Shown piece after piece: positions 9,531-19,515 of a DNA stretch of 64,000 nt. This DNA is from a virus. Below the pieces are notes generated by a model, which saw only the letters and a list, made by a program, of their open reading frames with translations, did no database searches and was not told where the DNA came from. Both the position numbers and the translations under genes were made by a program. Every line of letters begins with the position of its first letter. Within the stretch, counting starts at the first letter, position 1. The DNA is taken from positions 8,022 through 72,021 of IMG/VR virus record IMGVR_UViG_3300010412_000412. One strand, written 5' to 3'.

Positions 9531-11267
9531 TTAATTTATACCTTTTATTGTTGAATAACCATATTCATTCTTTTTAATCGTAATAGTCTCATCAAAATTA
9601 TCAGCCCATTTTTGATTATCAGGTGAAATTGTTATTATTTTAATACCTGAATTTTTTAAATCATTAAAAAGATTTATTACATTTTCAGTACCTATATTAT
9701 CTAAACTAGCATCTAATATTTCATCAAATATGATAAAATTCACTGCCATATTATTTTGAAATTGACAAATATCACGCCATGTCATCATTAATGCTAAATC
9801 TAATCTTATTTTTTCACCTTCGGAAAATGCCATATAAGTAACATCATTTACACCACGTGCTGTTAATTGTTCTTCAAAATTTGAATTTAATTTGAATTTT
9901 ACAAAAAGTCCTAATTTTTGTAAATATATATTCATTGTGTTAATTATTTTAGGTATATAACTTTTTATAATATTGCTTTTTATACCTGTATCTTTTAATA
10001 TATTAGATAAAAATTTTAAATGTTCTAGTTCATTTATTGATATATTATATGATTTGTAAATTATATCATATTCATCTTTTTTTATTTTTAATTTTTTTTC
10101 ATTTTCTTCTATTCTTTCTAATAAACTTGTATTATCAAAAGATTTTTGGTTTTTTAATTGTATTATTAATTTTTTAGTATGATTTATTGATATTTGTAAT
10201 TGTTGAATTGAATTATCTATATTATTGTTGTATTTTATTTTTTCTTTTTCTTTTTCTATTATAATATTAGTTTGTTGTATAGTTTCTTTTAATGTATCAT
10301 ATTTTTCATTATATATATTTTTTTTATTTATTAATGATTGTATTTTTTCTTCTTTTGTATTATTATTTAATTCTATTTCACAAGTAGGACAAATTGAATT
10401 ATTTTGAAAAAAATATATTTTATTTTGTATTTCATTTATATTAATTTCAAATTTACTTTGAAAATCATATAATTTTTGTATTTTTATTCTTAATTCATCA
10501 AGATCATAATCAATATTTTTTTTATGATTTGTTTTTATTATTATATCTTTTTCTTGTATTTCTATAGTATCAGTATATGATTTTATTTGTTCATTTATAT
10601 ATTGTTCATGTTGTTTTTGCTGATTTATTTGTTCATTTTTGAAATCTAATATATGTTTATTTAACAATTCTATTTCTTTTTGATATAAATTTAATTTATT
10701 TTTTTCATTATCTATATTATCTTTAAGTATATTAATATTAATTTTATTTAATTCATTCATTGTACTAAAAACATTAAGATTAAGTACATTATCAATGAAA
10801 TTACGTCTTTCTGATAATTGCAATCTTAAAAATGCTATATAAGTAGCTTTACCTAATATCACAATTTGATTAAATGATTTATAATCAATTTTTAATATAT
10901 TTTTTTCTAAATAATCTTGATAATCTTTAATATTAGAATTTTGATTTATTATTTTATTATTCTTATATATTTCAAAAATTGCTGGTTTTAAACCTCGTTT
11001 TATATAATATTGATTTTCATTTGTTTTAAACCATATTTCAGCAATTAAATTGCTATTATTTTTATAATTAATCAATTCATTTTTATTTATTTTTCTAAAT
11101 GCTTTACCATATAATACAAAACATAAAGAATCTAATAAATATGCACTTTTTCCTGATCCATTTTTACCTCTAATTAATACACTTTTATTATCATCAAACA
11201 TAAATGTTGTATAATTATTTCCAAAAGATAAAAGATTTTTAAAACGTATTTTTTGAAATGTTATCAT
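9531..11267 (-). CDS. gp46: Recombination ATPase gp46 (Rad50-like)
   Basis: GKNGSGKS Walker A, CPTC zinc hook, FSEGEK signature, IFDEILD. Confidence 0.9.
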   Translation of the reverse strand: MITFQKIRFKNLLSFGNNYTTFMFDDNKSVLIRGKNGSGKSAYLLDSLCFVLYGKAFRKINKNELINYKNNSNLIAEIWFKTNENQYYIKRGLKPAIFEIYKNNKIINQNSNIKDYQDYLEKNILKIDYKSFNQIVILGKATYIAFLRLQLSERRNFIDNVLNLNVFSTMNELNKININILKDNIDNEKNKLNLYQKEIELLNKHILDFKNEQINQQKQHEQYINEQIKSYTDTIEIQEKDIIIKTNHKKNIDYDLDELRIKIQKLYDFQSKFEININEIQNKIYFFQNNSICPTCEIELNNNTKEEKIQSLINKKNIYNEKYDTLKETIQQTNIIIEKEKEKIKYNNNIDNSIQQLQISINHTKKLIIQLKNQKSFDNTSLLERIEENEKKLKIKKDEYDIIYKSYNISINELEHLKFLSNILKDTGIKSNIIKSYIPKIINTMNIYLQKLGLFVKFKLNSNFEEQLTARGVNDVTYMAFSEGEKIRLDLALMMTWRDICQFQNNMAVNFIIFDEILDASLDNIGTENVINLFNDLKNSGIKIITISPDNQKWADNFDETITIKKNEYGYSTIKGIN

Positions 11268-12352
11268 CTTGATTGTTCATTAAGTTCGTTAGCAGATATA
11301 TATAAATCTTTTATTAGTATATTTAATTTTTGTTTATCTAATTTGTAACTAATATTTAAATCTTTTATATAAGTCATTATGATTTCTGGTATATTAGTGA
11401 TGTTTTCACATATTTCAACCATATTTGCATCTTCATATATAGTTTCTTCTACTATTTCTACTAAATAACATATTTTTTGTAATTTTTCTATCAATATATT
11501 TAATTTTGTATAATTTTTCGTATTTGGTATATCAATTATGATTTTTAAAATACAATTTTTATATTTTTCATAATTGATTTGTATATCATTTATATTAAAA
11601 TTATCATTATATATTAAAATTTGATAAATATCAATAGGATTAGGTATGAAAGTTAATAAATTAGTTGATAAATCAAATATATGAAAACCTTTTTTATAAC
11701 CATATTCATCCCAACGTGTTTGATAAGGATTACCCATATAATAAATATTTTTATTTGATGCACGTATATGAAAATGACCAGAAAATACACGATCAAATTT
11801 TTCAAAAATATTAGGGGATAAACCATCTTTACATAATAATCCTTTCATCATTTCAAAATCATTAATATCAAAATGTCCACATAATATTGGTACATTTATT
11901 TTTTCTATCCAATTTAAATATTCTGATTTTTTATCTATTGGTATCCAATTAATAAATCCTATTTTTTGTTCTGAATATTCTATGATTTCATAATCATTTA
12001 TTAATTTGATATAAGGTGATATTATTATTGATGTTTTTAAATTATCTATAATATTAGTGTTTTTATAATAAATATCATGATTACCACTAATGCAAATAAC
12101 ATTTATTTTTTTATTTACAAATTCTTTAAATAAAGTATTAACATATTTTAATATTTGAAAGTTAATTTGTTTTCTATTATCAAAAATATCACCTAACATC
12201 CAAACATTATTTATTTTATTTTTTTCTATATATGGAAAAAAAGTATCATTAAAAAATTCTTTCATTTTATCAAAGAAAAAAGAACTATTATTACGAACAC
12301 CAAAATGTAAATCTGATAATATTGCTATTTTTGTCATTTTTTTTATTTTCAA
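11264..12352 (-). CDS. gp47: Recombination nuclease gp47 (Mre11-like)
   Basis: DLHFG, GDIFD, GNHD and SGHFH phosphoesterase motifs. Confidence 0.9.
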   Translation of the reverse strand: MKIKKMTKIAILSDLHFGVRNNSSFFFDKMKEFFNDTFFPYIEKNKINNVWMLGDIFDNRKQINFQILKYVNTLFKEFVNKKINVICISGNHDIYYKNTNIIDNLKTSIIISPYIKLINDYEIIEYSEQKIGFINWIPIDKKSEYLNWIEKINVPILCGHFDINDFEMMKGLLCKDGLSPNIFEKFDRVFSGHFHIRASNKNIYYMGNPYQTRWDEYGYKKGFHIFDLSTNLLTFIPNPIDIYQILIYNDNFNINDIQINYEKYKNCILKIIIDIPNTKNYTKLNILIEKLQKICYLVEIVEETIYEDANMVEICENITNIPEIIMTYIKDLNISYKLDKQKLNILIKDLYISANELNEQSR

Positions 12353-12843
12353 TAATTATTATTATAATCAAAATTACCATGTATTTGATCATTTGTTATA
12401 TCATCTTCATAATAAGGATGTTCTGGTTTATGAAATAATTCTGTATTTATTAATAATTTATCTCTTAATTTTTCTTGTTGTTTTTCTTTATTCATTTGAT
12501 ATAAAAAAGCATTCCATATTACTTGAGTAAAAAAACCATAAGGATTGGGTTGTTTATTTTTTTGATCTTTTCTTTTTTCTATGGATATATTAGGATTATA
12601 TTTTTTAACTGCTTTTATTGCAATTACAATAGCTTCACTAATAAATTCATCTTTATATGTATAATTTGCAAAATTATATCTTGTACTTATTTTTTGACAC
12701 ATTAATAAAAGCATTTCTCCTATTTCATTTGAAATAGGATAATTAGGATTTTCTAATCTTTTATAATAATAGTCATTCATTACTTTAATAAATCGTTTGG
12801 GATCTATATAATAATTATTTTTTTCTTTTTTATTTTTTTCCAT
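12349..12843 (-). CDS. gp55: Late sigma factor gp55
   Basis: NFANYTYKDEFISEA, NPYGFFTQVIWNAF; adjacent to gp47. Confidence 0.85.
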   Translation of the reverse strand: MEKNKKEKNNYYIDPKRFIKVMNDYYYKRLENPNYPISNEIGEMLLLMCQKISTRYNFANYTYKDEFISEAIVIAIKAVKKYNPNISIEKRKDQKNKQPNPYGFFTQVIWNAFLYQMNKEKQQEKLRDKLLINTELFHKPEHPYYEDDITNDQIHGNFDYNNNY

Positions 12844-12849
12844 TTTTTT

Positions 12850-14316
12850 TTATAATTTAAGTTGTGAAAAATATGTATTAAATTTTTCTGTTTTATATAA
12901 TTTTATTCTTTTAATACCATGGATATAAGTATAATTAAATTTATAACTTATATTATCAATAATATCTATAATAATAGATTTATCTTTATCTTTAGATTTA
13001 CGGAGTGTTCTACCAATACTTTGTAAAATTCTAATAGGTGCTTTAAAAGGATGTGCTAAAATAGCACATTGAAGATTTGGTATATTTGCACCCATACTCA
13101 TTGTACCAAAACTTGCAAATAAAAGAATATTATCATATTTTGACATTACTGTACGAATATATTCACGTTCATTTACATCAACATTTCCTATTATTTTGAA
13201 AATTTGTTTATCATGTTTTTCGACTTCTTTTTTTGCCATATCATATAATATATCACCATGTTTTTCTATATAATTAAAAAGAACAATAGTATTATGTTTT
13301 TGTTTAAATGCTGTATCTAATATAAAACGATTTCTTTTTTCATCTGATATAATATAATCAATTTCTTTTTGATATTCTAATTTTGTATTAAAATTAGTAT
13401 TATGATTTAATTGTATACAATATATATTTAAATCATTAATAAAACCTTCTTTTATTAATTCAGATGTTGTTTTTGTTTTATATAATAACCCAAACCATGC
13501 TCTACATTGTAATTCATGTATTTTACCATCTAATGTGCCAGTAAATCCATAACGATATTTTAAATGTTTCATAGATTCAATAATTTTTGTTAATGATTTA
13601 CTATTTGCTTGATGTGCTTCATCACATATAAAACAATCAAATTGTTTAAACCATGATGGTGGTTGTTTTATTAACATCTGCCATGTAGCTATTATTATTC
13701 TACGAGGTGAATTTTTATCTCCTCCTGATATCATTTTATATCTTTCATCACATACTATATAATCATCTTCATAAATATTTATATCATTATATAATTGTTC
13801 TACTAAATTTATTTTTGGTACACTGATTAATATTTTGAAATTTGTATTTTCTATGAAATATCTTAATAATAAATATATTATGAGACTTTTTCCACTTGCA
13901 GTTGGGCTTAGTATGAATGCTGAATTTGCTTTTAAACAAAATTCAAATGCTTTTATTTGGTAATCATAAGGATATAATTGTAATTTATATAATGTGTTTT
14001 CTTCCCATTTTTTATATTTTTCTTCAAAATTAATAGGGTATAATTTTGGATCTATTGTATATGTATAATTATATTTTTGAAAAATTTTTATTAAATCAAA
14101 TAATAAACCATTTGGAAAAGTATTATTTTTTAAATTAAATAAATGGATTTTTCCATCCCATATACCATATTTAAATTTTGGCATATATTTATAACCTTCT
14201 GTAAAAAAAGAAAAAGCGTCATATATGATTTTTTTCTTTTCTTTGTCTTTACAATAAATAATATTATATAATTCATCACGATATTTTATATAAAAATCTT
14301 TTTCATTTTCATTCAT
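12850..14316 (-). CDS. uvsW: UvsW helicase
   Basis: WDGKIHLF, SPTASGKS, DEAH, GFTGT and LQSIGR motifs. Confidence 0.9.
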   Translation of the reverse strand: MNENEKDFYIKYRDELYNIIYCKDKEKKKIIYDAFSFFTEGYKYMPKFKYGIWDGKIHLFNLKNNTFPNGLLFDLIKIFQKYNYTYTIDPKLYPINFEEKYKKWEENTLYKLQLYPYDYQIKAFEFCLKANSAFILSPTASGKSLIIYLLLRYFIENTNFKILISVPKINLVEQLYNDINIYEDDYIVCDERYKMISGGDKNSPRRIIIATWQMLIKQPPSWFKQFDCFICDEAHQANSKSLTKIIESMKHLKYRYGFTGTLDGKIHELQCRAWFGLLYKTKTTSELIKEGFINDLNIYCIQLNHNTNFNTKLEYQKEIDYIISDEKRNRFILDTAFKQKHNTIVLFNYIEKHGDILYDMAKKEVEKHDKQIFKIIGNVDVNEREYIRTVMSKYDNILLFASFGTMSMGANIPNLQCAILAHPFKAPIRILQSIGRTLRKSKDKDKSIIIDIIDNISYKFNYTYIHGIKRIKLYKTEKFNTYFSQLKL

Positions 14317-14319
14317 TAA

Positions 14320-14748
14320 TTATTGACCATTTTTAAATTGTTCAAATGCTATTGCATCACGTATAGCAAAACCACGAGTATTTATTACATTTTTTATGAA
14401 ATCTTGCAACATATCTACTTTTGTTTTTTGTAAAAATATTTTTCTATCTATAATCATTAATTCTTCATCTGACTCCATATAAATATCTAAATCAACTTTT
14501 TTAACCATTATATGTAATGGTTGTTCTTCATATACTTCATCATTACATTTTCCTAAATAATATTCAAATTTTATTTTTTTTAATTTTTGATATTGATATT
14601 TTAATTGTTGCAAATCTATTATTTCTAACATCATTATTTTATAATATTTATTGTGTAATTCAGATGTTCTTAAACTTTCATATGATAATTCAGAACGATT
14701 TATTTTAACATCTTCATTCATTAATTTTTGTATTTCATTTATTTGCAT
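14320..14748 (-). CDS. uvsY: UvsY recombination mediator
   Basis: LHNKY, EYYLGK and RGFAIRDAI motifs; adjacent to uvsW. Confidence 0.8.
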   Translation of the reverse strand: MQINEIQKLMNEDVKINRSELSYESLRTSELHNKYYKIMMLEIIDLQQLKYQYQKLKKIKFEYYLGKCNDEVYEEQPLHIMVKKVDLDIYMESDEELMIIDRKIFLQKTKVDMLQDFIKNVINTRGFAIRDAIAFEQFKNGQ

Positions 14749-14752
14749 TGGT

Positions 14753-15217
14753 TTATTTTGGTAATATATTTTTGAATGTAAAATATTGATATGTAAATTC
14801 TACATCAAATGTTATGATTTGTGAATCAGTTATAGCACTATCAAATGATATACTTGCTAAATTGGTTGGAAATGCACCAAAAAATTCAAATACTATTATA
14901 TTTTGTTTATTGGCACTTAATATATGAAGATTAATGTTTCTTATTAGATTTCTATAATCATCCATGTCAATAAAATCACGTAACCAATTATGTAAATAAA
15001 TATAATTTTGAAAATCTTCATCCATTAATATTACACAATTAAATTCAGAATATACAACATAATTTCCTGGTGCATTGGCTTGATGATGACGAATACTTGA
15101 TTCTTTACCAGACATACTTACTGTTGGTAAAGTACATGATTGTATGAAAAAATTTAATTCTGGGGCATTTGTTATTTCTAATTTGTAATTATTGTTTTTT
15201 GCTAAATTGTAATTCAT
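14753..15217 (-). CDS. gp3: Tail tube terminator / tail completion protein, gp3-like
   Basis: FFIQSCTLP, DEDFQNY...HNW, F.GAFPTNL and F.V.F.Y..F motifs. Confidence 0.7.
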   Translation of the reverse strand: MNYNLAKNNNYKLEITNAPELNFFIQSCTLPTVSMSGKESSIRHHQANAPGNYVVYSEFNCVILMDEDFQNYIYLHNWLRDFIDMDDYRNLIRNINLHILSANKQNIIVFEFFGAFPTNLASISFDSAITDSQIITFDVEFTYQYFTFKNILPK

Positions 15218-15223
15218 TGTTAT

Positions 15224-15252
15224 ATTATATGAAAGATATGTTTAAATGTCAA
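15224..15252 (-). promoter_or_regulatory. Sigma70 promoter for the leftward gp3-nrdJ operon
   Basis: Minus-strand TTGACA(15252-47)-17 nt-TATAAT(15229-24); ATG at 15217. Confidence 0.75.
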
Positions 15253-15268
15253 TATTTATTTATATTTT

Positions 15269-15282
15269 TATAAATATAAATA
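15269..15282 (+). promoter_or_regulatory. T4-type late promoter (two overlapping TATAAATA)
   Basis: Exact gp55 consensus upstream of 15317; weak evidence in AT-rich DNA. Confidence 0.4.
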
Positions 15283-15316
15283 AATATTAACATTAATTAA
15301 AAAAAAAGGAGATACA

Positions 15317-17179
15317 ATGTATATAAAACGATTTAATTCATGGTTACAAGAAGCTATTAGTGCAAAAAATTCTAAAGCTGCTAATAATATTATTGAACGT
15401 TATTTAAAACGTAAATTAAATAGTATTGTTACTATGTTACCACCTGAACAATTTGAAAATAGTAAAAATAAAGGTTTTGGTATTCGTTATATCTACGATT
15501 CAATAAAATGTATTCGTTTTAATTGGCGTGGAAAAAGTTTAAATGTTATGGCTTTACACAGTATTGATTTATGGGAAAAACCAAATAAAAATCCTGATTG
15601 GCATGTCGAATTTAATACTGAAGTTAGTTTAGTGAAAATGTTACCTGCTATTGTTGATTTTATATTAGAAAAAAATAAAAAAATTGGTACTCAAATAGTT
15701 TTTCCTTCTGATTTTATGAAAGAAAATTATAATGATGATGATGATGATGAAAATGTTTATATTTTTGAAAGAAAAGAAAATAATAATTATTTAGAAAATA
15801 TACATAATTTAATTGAAATACTTGAAACATATGATTCTAATTTGATAAATGAACAAACTGGTGAATTATATTTGAATAATATTATTGAACAATATAATAT
15901 TAATGTATATCATATTATTGAATATATTAGAAAAAATTATTCAAATATTTTTATTGAAAAAAATAATAAAATATATTATAAAGGTAATATAAATATTATA
16001 CAAGAAAATTTATCTGATATTGTACATAGTTTTAATTCATTAAATAAAAATTTATTAAAAGAAGCAAAACAAGAGGATTTTTTTGATAATTTAATGTTAC
16101 TTCTGGGTGATCCAGAATTTGAAGATAGAAATGGTTTTATAAATAGAAAAGCTATTGTAGATACTTTTGGTCCATCAACAGCAACATTTTATTCTAAGTT
16201 TAGGAATCATCCAAAATATAAAAAATATTTTAGTGGAACAACTAGGGATATCAAATTCATTGGTGATGTTGCTGAATTAGAAGCACAAAAAAATCAAATA
16301 TTACAAGATTTAGGTGCAAAACAATTCAGAATAACAAGAGGTGCTACTGATGATGAAGTTGGTTCAACAGAATTTGAAGAAAGAATAGAAGCAAAAGGTG
16401 GAATAAAAAAAGTTGCATATACAATGCAATTAGAACATCTTGGTTTATTAACACAATTAGTAATTAAAAAGGCCAGTAATGCACTGTTTGTTGCTGGTAG
16501 AGGTGGAACAGGAAAAACACAAACAGTTGAAAAAATTCTTGCTGATAATGGTTTACAAGATGGTCATGGTTATGTAAAAATTACTGGTTCTTCTAGTCCT
16601 GTTGGTATATATGCAACATTATTTAATAATCCAGATAGTTTAATATTATTTGATGATTGTGATGGTGCTTTAAAAGATCAAGATGGTAGAAATATTATCA
16701 AAGCTGCAACTGATACTAAGAAAATTAGAAAAATAGCATGGAATAAAAAAGGATTTTTAACACAACAAGAATATGAATTAGAATTAGCAAGAAGAGAAGA
16801 AGAAGATGCACAAGATGAACCTTGGGAAAAATATCCAAATGCTTATGAATTTCGTGGAAATGTTATTTTTATTTCAAATTTAACACTTGATAAATTAGAT
16901 CCAGATGGTGCTCTAAGAACAAGAGGATATATAATTGAAATAGATCCAACAGATAGTGAAATGTTAGATTATATGGATGAAATAAAACATTTAATTCCAA
17001 TTGAAGTAGAAGGTGTAAATTCATTATCTGCTGCTGAATTAGATGAAGTAATGAATGGTGTACGTGAAATGGCAAAAAGTCGACAAAAAAATTCTGTAAC
17101 ATTAAGAACATTGGTTCGTGCAGTTCAACTTAAAGCTGCTTTAGGTGATAAATGGAAACAATTAGAAAATTATTTATGA
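15317..17179 (+). CDS. AAA+ P-loop ATPase with long N-terminal region
   Basis: GRGGTGKT Walker A, LILFDDCD Walker B, IFISN sensor, ALRTR arginine finger. Confidence 0.75.
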   Translation: MYIKRFNSWLQEAISAKNSKAANNIIERYLKRKLNSIVTMLPPEQFENSKNKGFGIRYIYDSIKCIRFNWRGKSLNVMALHSIDLWEKPNKNPDWHVEFNTEVSLVKMLPAIVDFILEKNKKIGTQIVFPSDFMKENYNDDDDDENVYIFERKENNNYLENIHNLIEILETYDSNLINEQTGELYLNNIIEQYNINVYHIIEYIRKNYSNIFIEKNNKIYYKGNINIIQENLSDIVHSFNSLNKNLLKEAKQEDFFDNLMLLLGDPEFEDRNGFINRKAIVDTFGPSTATFYSKFRNHPKYKKYFSGTTRDIKFIGDVAELEAQKNQILQDLGAKQFRITRGATDDEVGSTEFEERIEAKGGIKKVAYTMQLEHLGLLTQLVIKKASNALFVAGRGGTGKTQTVEKILADNGLQDGHGYVKITGSSSPVGIYATLFNNPDSLILFDDCDGALKDQDGRNIIKAATDTKKIRKIAWNKKGFLTQQEYELELARREEEDAQDEPWEKYPNAYEFRGNVIFISNLTLDKLDPDGALRTRGYIIEIDPTDSEMLDYMDEIKHLIPIEVEGVNSLSAAELDEVMNGVREMAKSRQKNSVTLRTLVRAVQLKAALGDKWKQLENYL

Positions 17180-17183
17180 TAAA

Positions 17184-17414
17184 ATGATCGTATCAAATGA
17201 ATCTAATGAAAGACAAATTGCTTTTGAATTTGAACATTATCAAGCAACCCCATCTGCTTTATGGATTATAAATCATAATATGAATTGTCATCCATCTGTG
17301 ACTATCACAGATAGTGCTGGTACTTGTGTTGAAGGTCATGTTAATTATATTGATTTGAATACTTTGGAAGTTGGATTTACTGGTGGATTCACTGGTTCTG
17401 CAATTTTAAGATAA
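17184..17414 (+). CDS. Small virion or fibre-associated beta protein
   Basis: W.INHNM...P.V...D pattern, similar to the C-terminus of 18089-19484 (FTINHNL). Confidence 0.55.
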   Translation: MIVSNESNERQIAFEFEHYQATPSALWIINHNMNCHPSVTITDSAGTCVEGHVNYIDLNTLEVGFTGGFTGSAILR

Positions 17415-17418
17415 TTTA

Positions 17419-17446
17419 TTGACATTTTTATAGAAAAATATATAAT
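17419..17446 (+). promoter_or_regulatory. Sigma70 promoter for the TOPRIM gene
   Basis: TTGACA-16 nt-TATAAT; ATG at 17453. Confidence 0.6.
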
Positions 17447-17452
17447 TATAAT

Positions 17453-18040
17453 ATGAAATATATAGATATAGAAAAACATTTGAAAGATCGTGGAATTGAT
17501 TTAAGAAAAACACATTTAATAATTGATAATTATAATAATTATGCTGTTTTTCTTTTATATAATTTATCTGGTAAATTAATTGGTTATCAAAATTATAATC
17601 CAAATGGTAAAAAATCGATAAATTATTCTAAAAGTAAACTAAAAGATATGTCAACAGAAGAAATGTTTTCATTAATGAAATATTTTACTTATGTTAGTGA
17701 AATGGATAAAACTCATCAAATAGCAGTATGGGGATTAGAAACATTAGAAATAACTTCTAAATATTTATTTATAACAGAAGGAATTTTTGATATTATTAAA
17801 ATACATAATCAAGGTTTTGCCGGTATAGCTGTTTTGGGTAATGATCCAATAAAACTTAAAGGATGGTTATCATTATTACCACAGAAAAAAATTGTAATTT
17901 ATGATAATGATAAAGCAGGAAAAGAATTAAGGAAACTTGGTAATTGGTCATATACTGTACCAAAACCATATAAAGATTTAGGTGAAATGAGTGATGATGA
18001 AGTATATAAGTTTTTGGTGAAAATGAAAATAATTAATTAA
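17453..18040 (+). CDS. Stand-alone TOPRIM (primase-like) protein
   Basis: FITEGIFD, AVLG, YDNDKAG and KDLGE motifs; no zinc-binding domain. Confidence 0.75.
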   Translation: MKYIDIEKHLKDRGIDLRKTHLIIDNYNNYAVFLLYNLSGKLIGYQNYNPNGKKSINYSKSKLKDMSTEEMFSLMKYFTYVSEMDKTHQIAVWGLETLEITSKYLFITEGIFDIIKIHNQGFAGIAVLGNDPIKLKGWLSLLPQKKIVIYDNDKAGKELRKLGNWSYTVPKPYKDLGEMSDDEVYKFLVKMKIIN

Positions 18041-18088
18041 AAAAAAAACAACAATAAATAAAAAAATAAAATATCAAAAAGGAATATT

Positions 18089-19484
18089 ATGGCTACGCAA
18101 CCAAAACAATTTTTAGTTCATGTTAATTTTAATCAAAATGAAATACAAAATGGTGTCATACAAAATTTAGCGACACATCCAACATCTCCTGTTGAACGGA
18201 CAAATATATACAAATACAACAGATCATAATACTTATCAATATTTAAATGGTACATGGGAAACATGGGTATCTGCAGCATTATTAGGAGTAGCAAATGGTG
18301 TAGCAACATTAAATGCTAGTACATTAGTTATTCAAGATCCAGCTAATGCAGTAATCACACCAGCCGCTGATAAAATTGTAAAAGCAAATAGTTCAGGTAA
18401 AATAGATAATGGTTGGTTACTTACAGGAACAGGTAATGGTTTAGATTCTGATTTATTAGATGGACAACATGGTACATTTTATTTAGCACGTGCAAATCAT
18501 ACTGGTACGCAACCAGCTAGTACAATCAGTGATTTTGATGCACAAGTCAGAACAAATAGACTTGACCAAATGGCATCACCAACAGCGTCTATTGATTTAA
18601 ATGGTCAATTAATAACAAATTATACAACGACACCAGTAAATGCTTATGATGTACCAAATAAAAAATATGTAGATGATATTAGTCAAGGTTTAAATGGTAA
18701 GACATCAGTTAAAGTAGCTACAACTGTTAATTGTAATTTAACAGGGGAACAAACAATAGATGGTGTTGGTGTTGTAGATGGTGATTTAGTATTAGTTAGA
18801 GTTAATACAAATCCAGAAGAAAATGGTACATATATAGTAAAAGATGGTACTGATTGGATAAGAAATGAAGATACTGATACATGGGAAAAATTAATCAGTG
18901 CTTTTGTATTTGTTGAACAAGGTGCCACATTAGCAGATTCAGGTTGGTTATGTACAATAGATGCAGGTGGAACATTAGATACTACTGCGGTTACTTGGGT
19001 ACAATTTTCACAAGCTGGTACAGTTACAGCTAGTAATATTGGTTCTGGTTCTGTTAATGTTTTCAAACAAAAAACAGGTACAGTTTTAGAATTTAGAACA
19101 TTAAAAGATACTTCATCAATTGATGTTACACAAAATGGTGATTTTATTGAATTTGATGTAATACCAGCTGGTATAAATATCAATTTATTAGGTGGTGGAC
19201 CATTAACTGTAGCAAATGGTGGTACAGGAGCAACAACAGCATTAGGAGCAAAAACTAATTTAGGTTTTCAAACAAAACATGCTGAAGATATTGGTGATGG
19301 TACAACAAAAGAATTTACAATTAATCATAATTTAAATACATATGATGTTATTACTCAAGTTTATAATAAATCAACAAAACATACAGTAGAACCTGATATT
19401 GAAAATTATGATGCTAATAATGTTAAAATTAATTTCAATAAAGCACCAACAGCTAATCAATATCGTGTTGTTGTAATTGGTTAA
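18089..19484 (+). CDS. Tail fibre / structural protein; +1 shift at CGG 18197
   Basis: AAGGA RBS, ATG 18089 MATQPKQFL...HPTSPVE-[C]-GQIYTNT joins the TTG-started track ORF; GVATL, DLLDGQHG and NKKYVD fibre motifs; 464 aa. Confidence 0.75.
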
Positions 19485-19515
19485 TTTTGGTTTAATTTAA
19501 TATGATGGGAATAAT

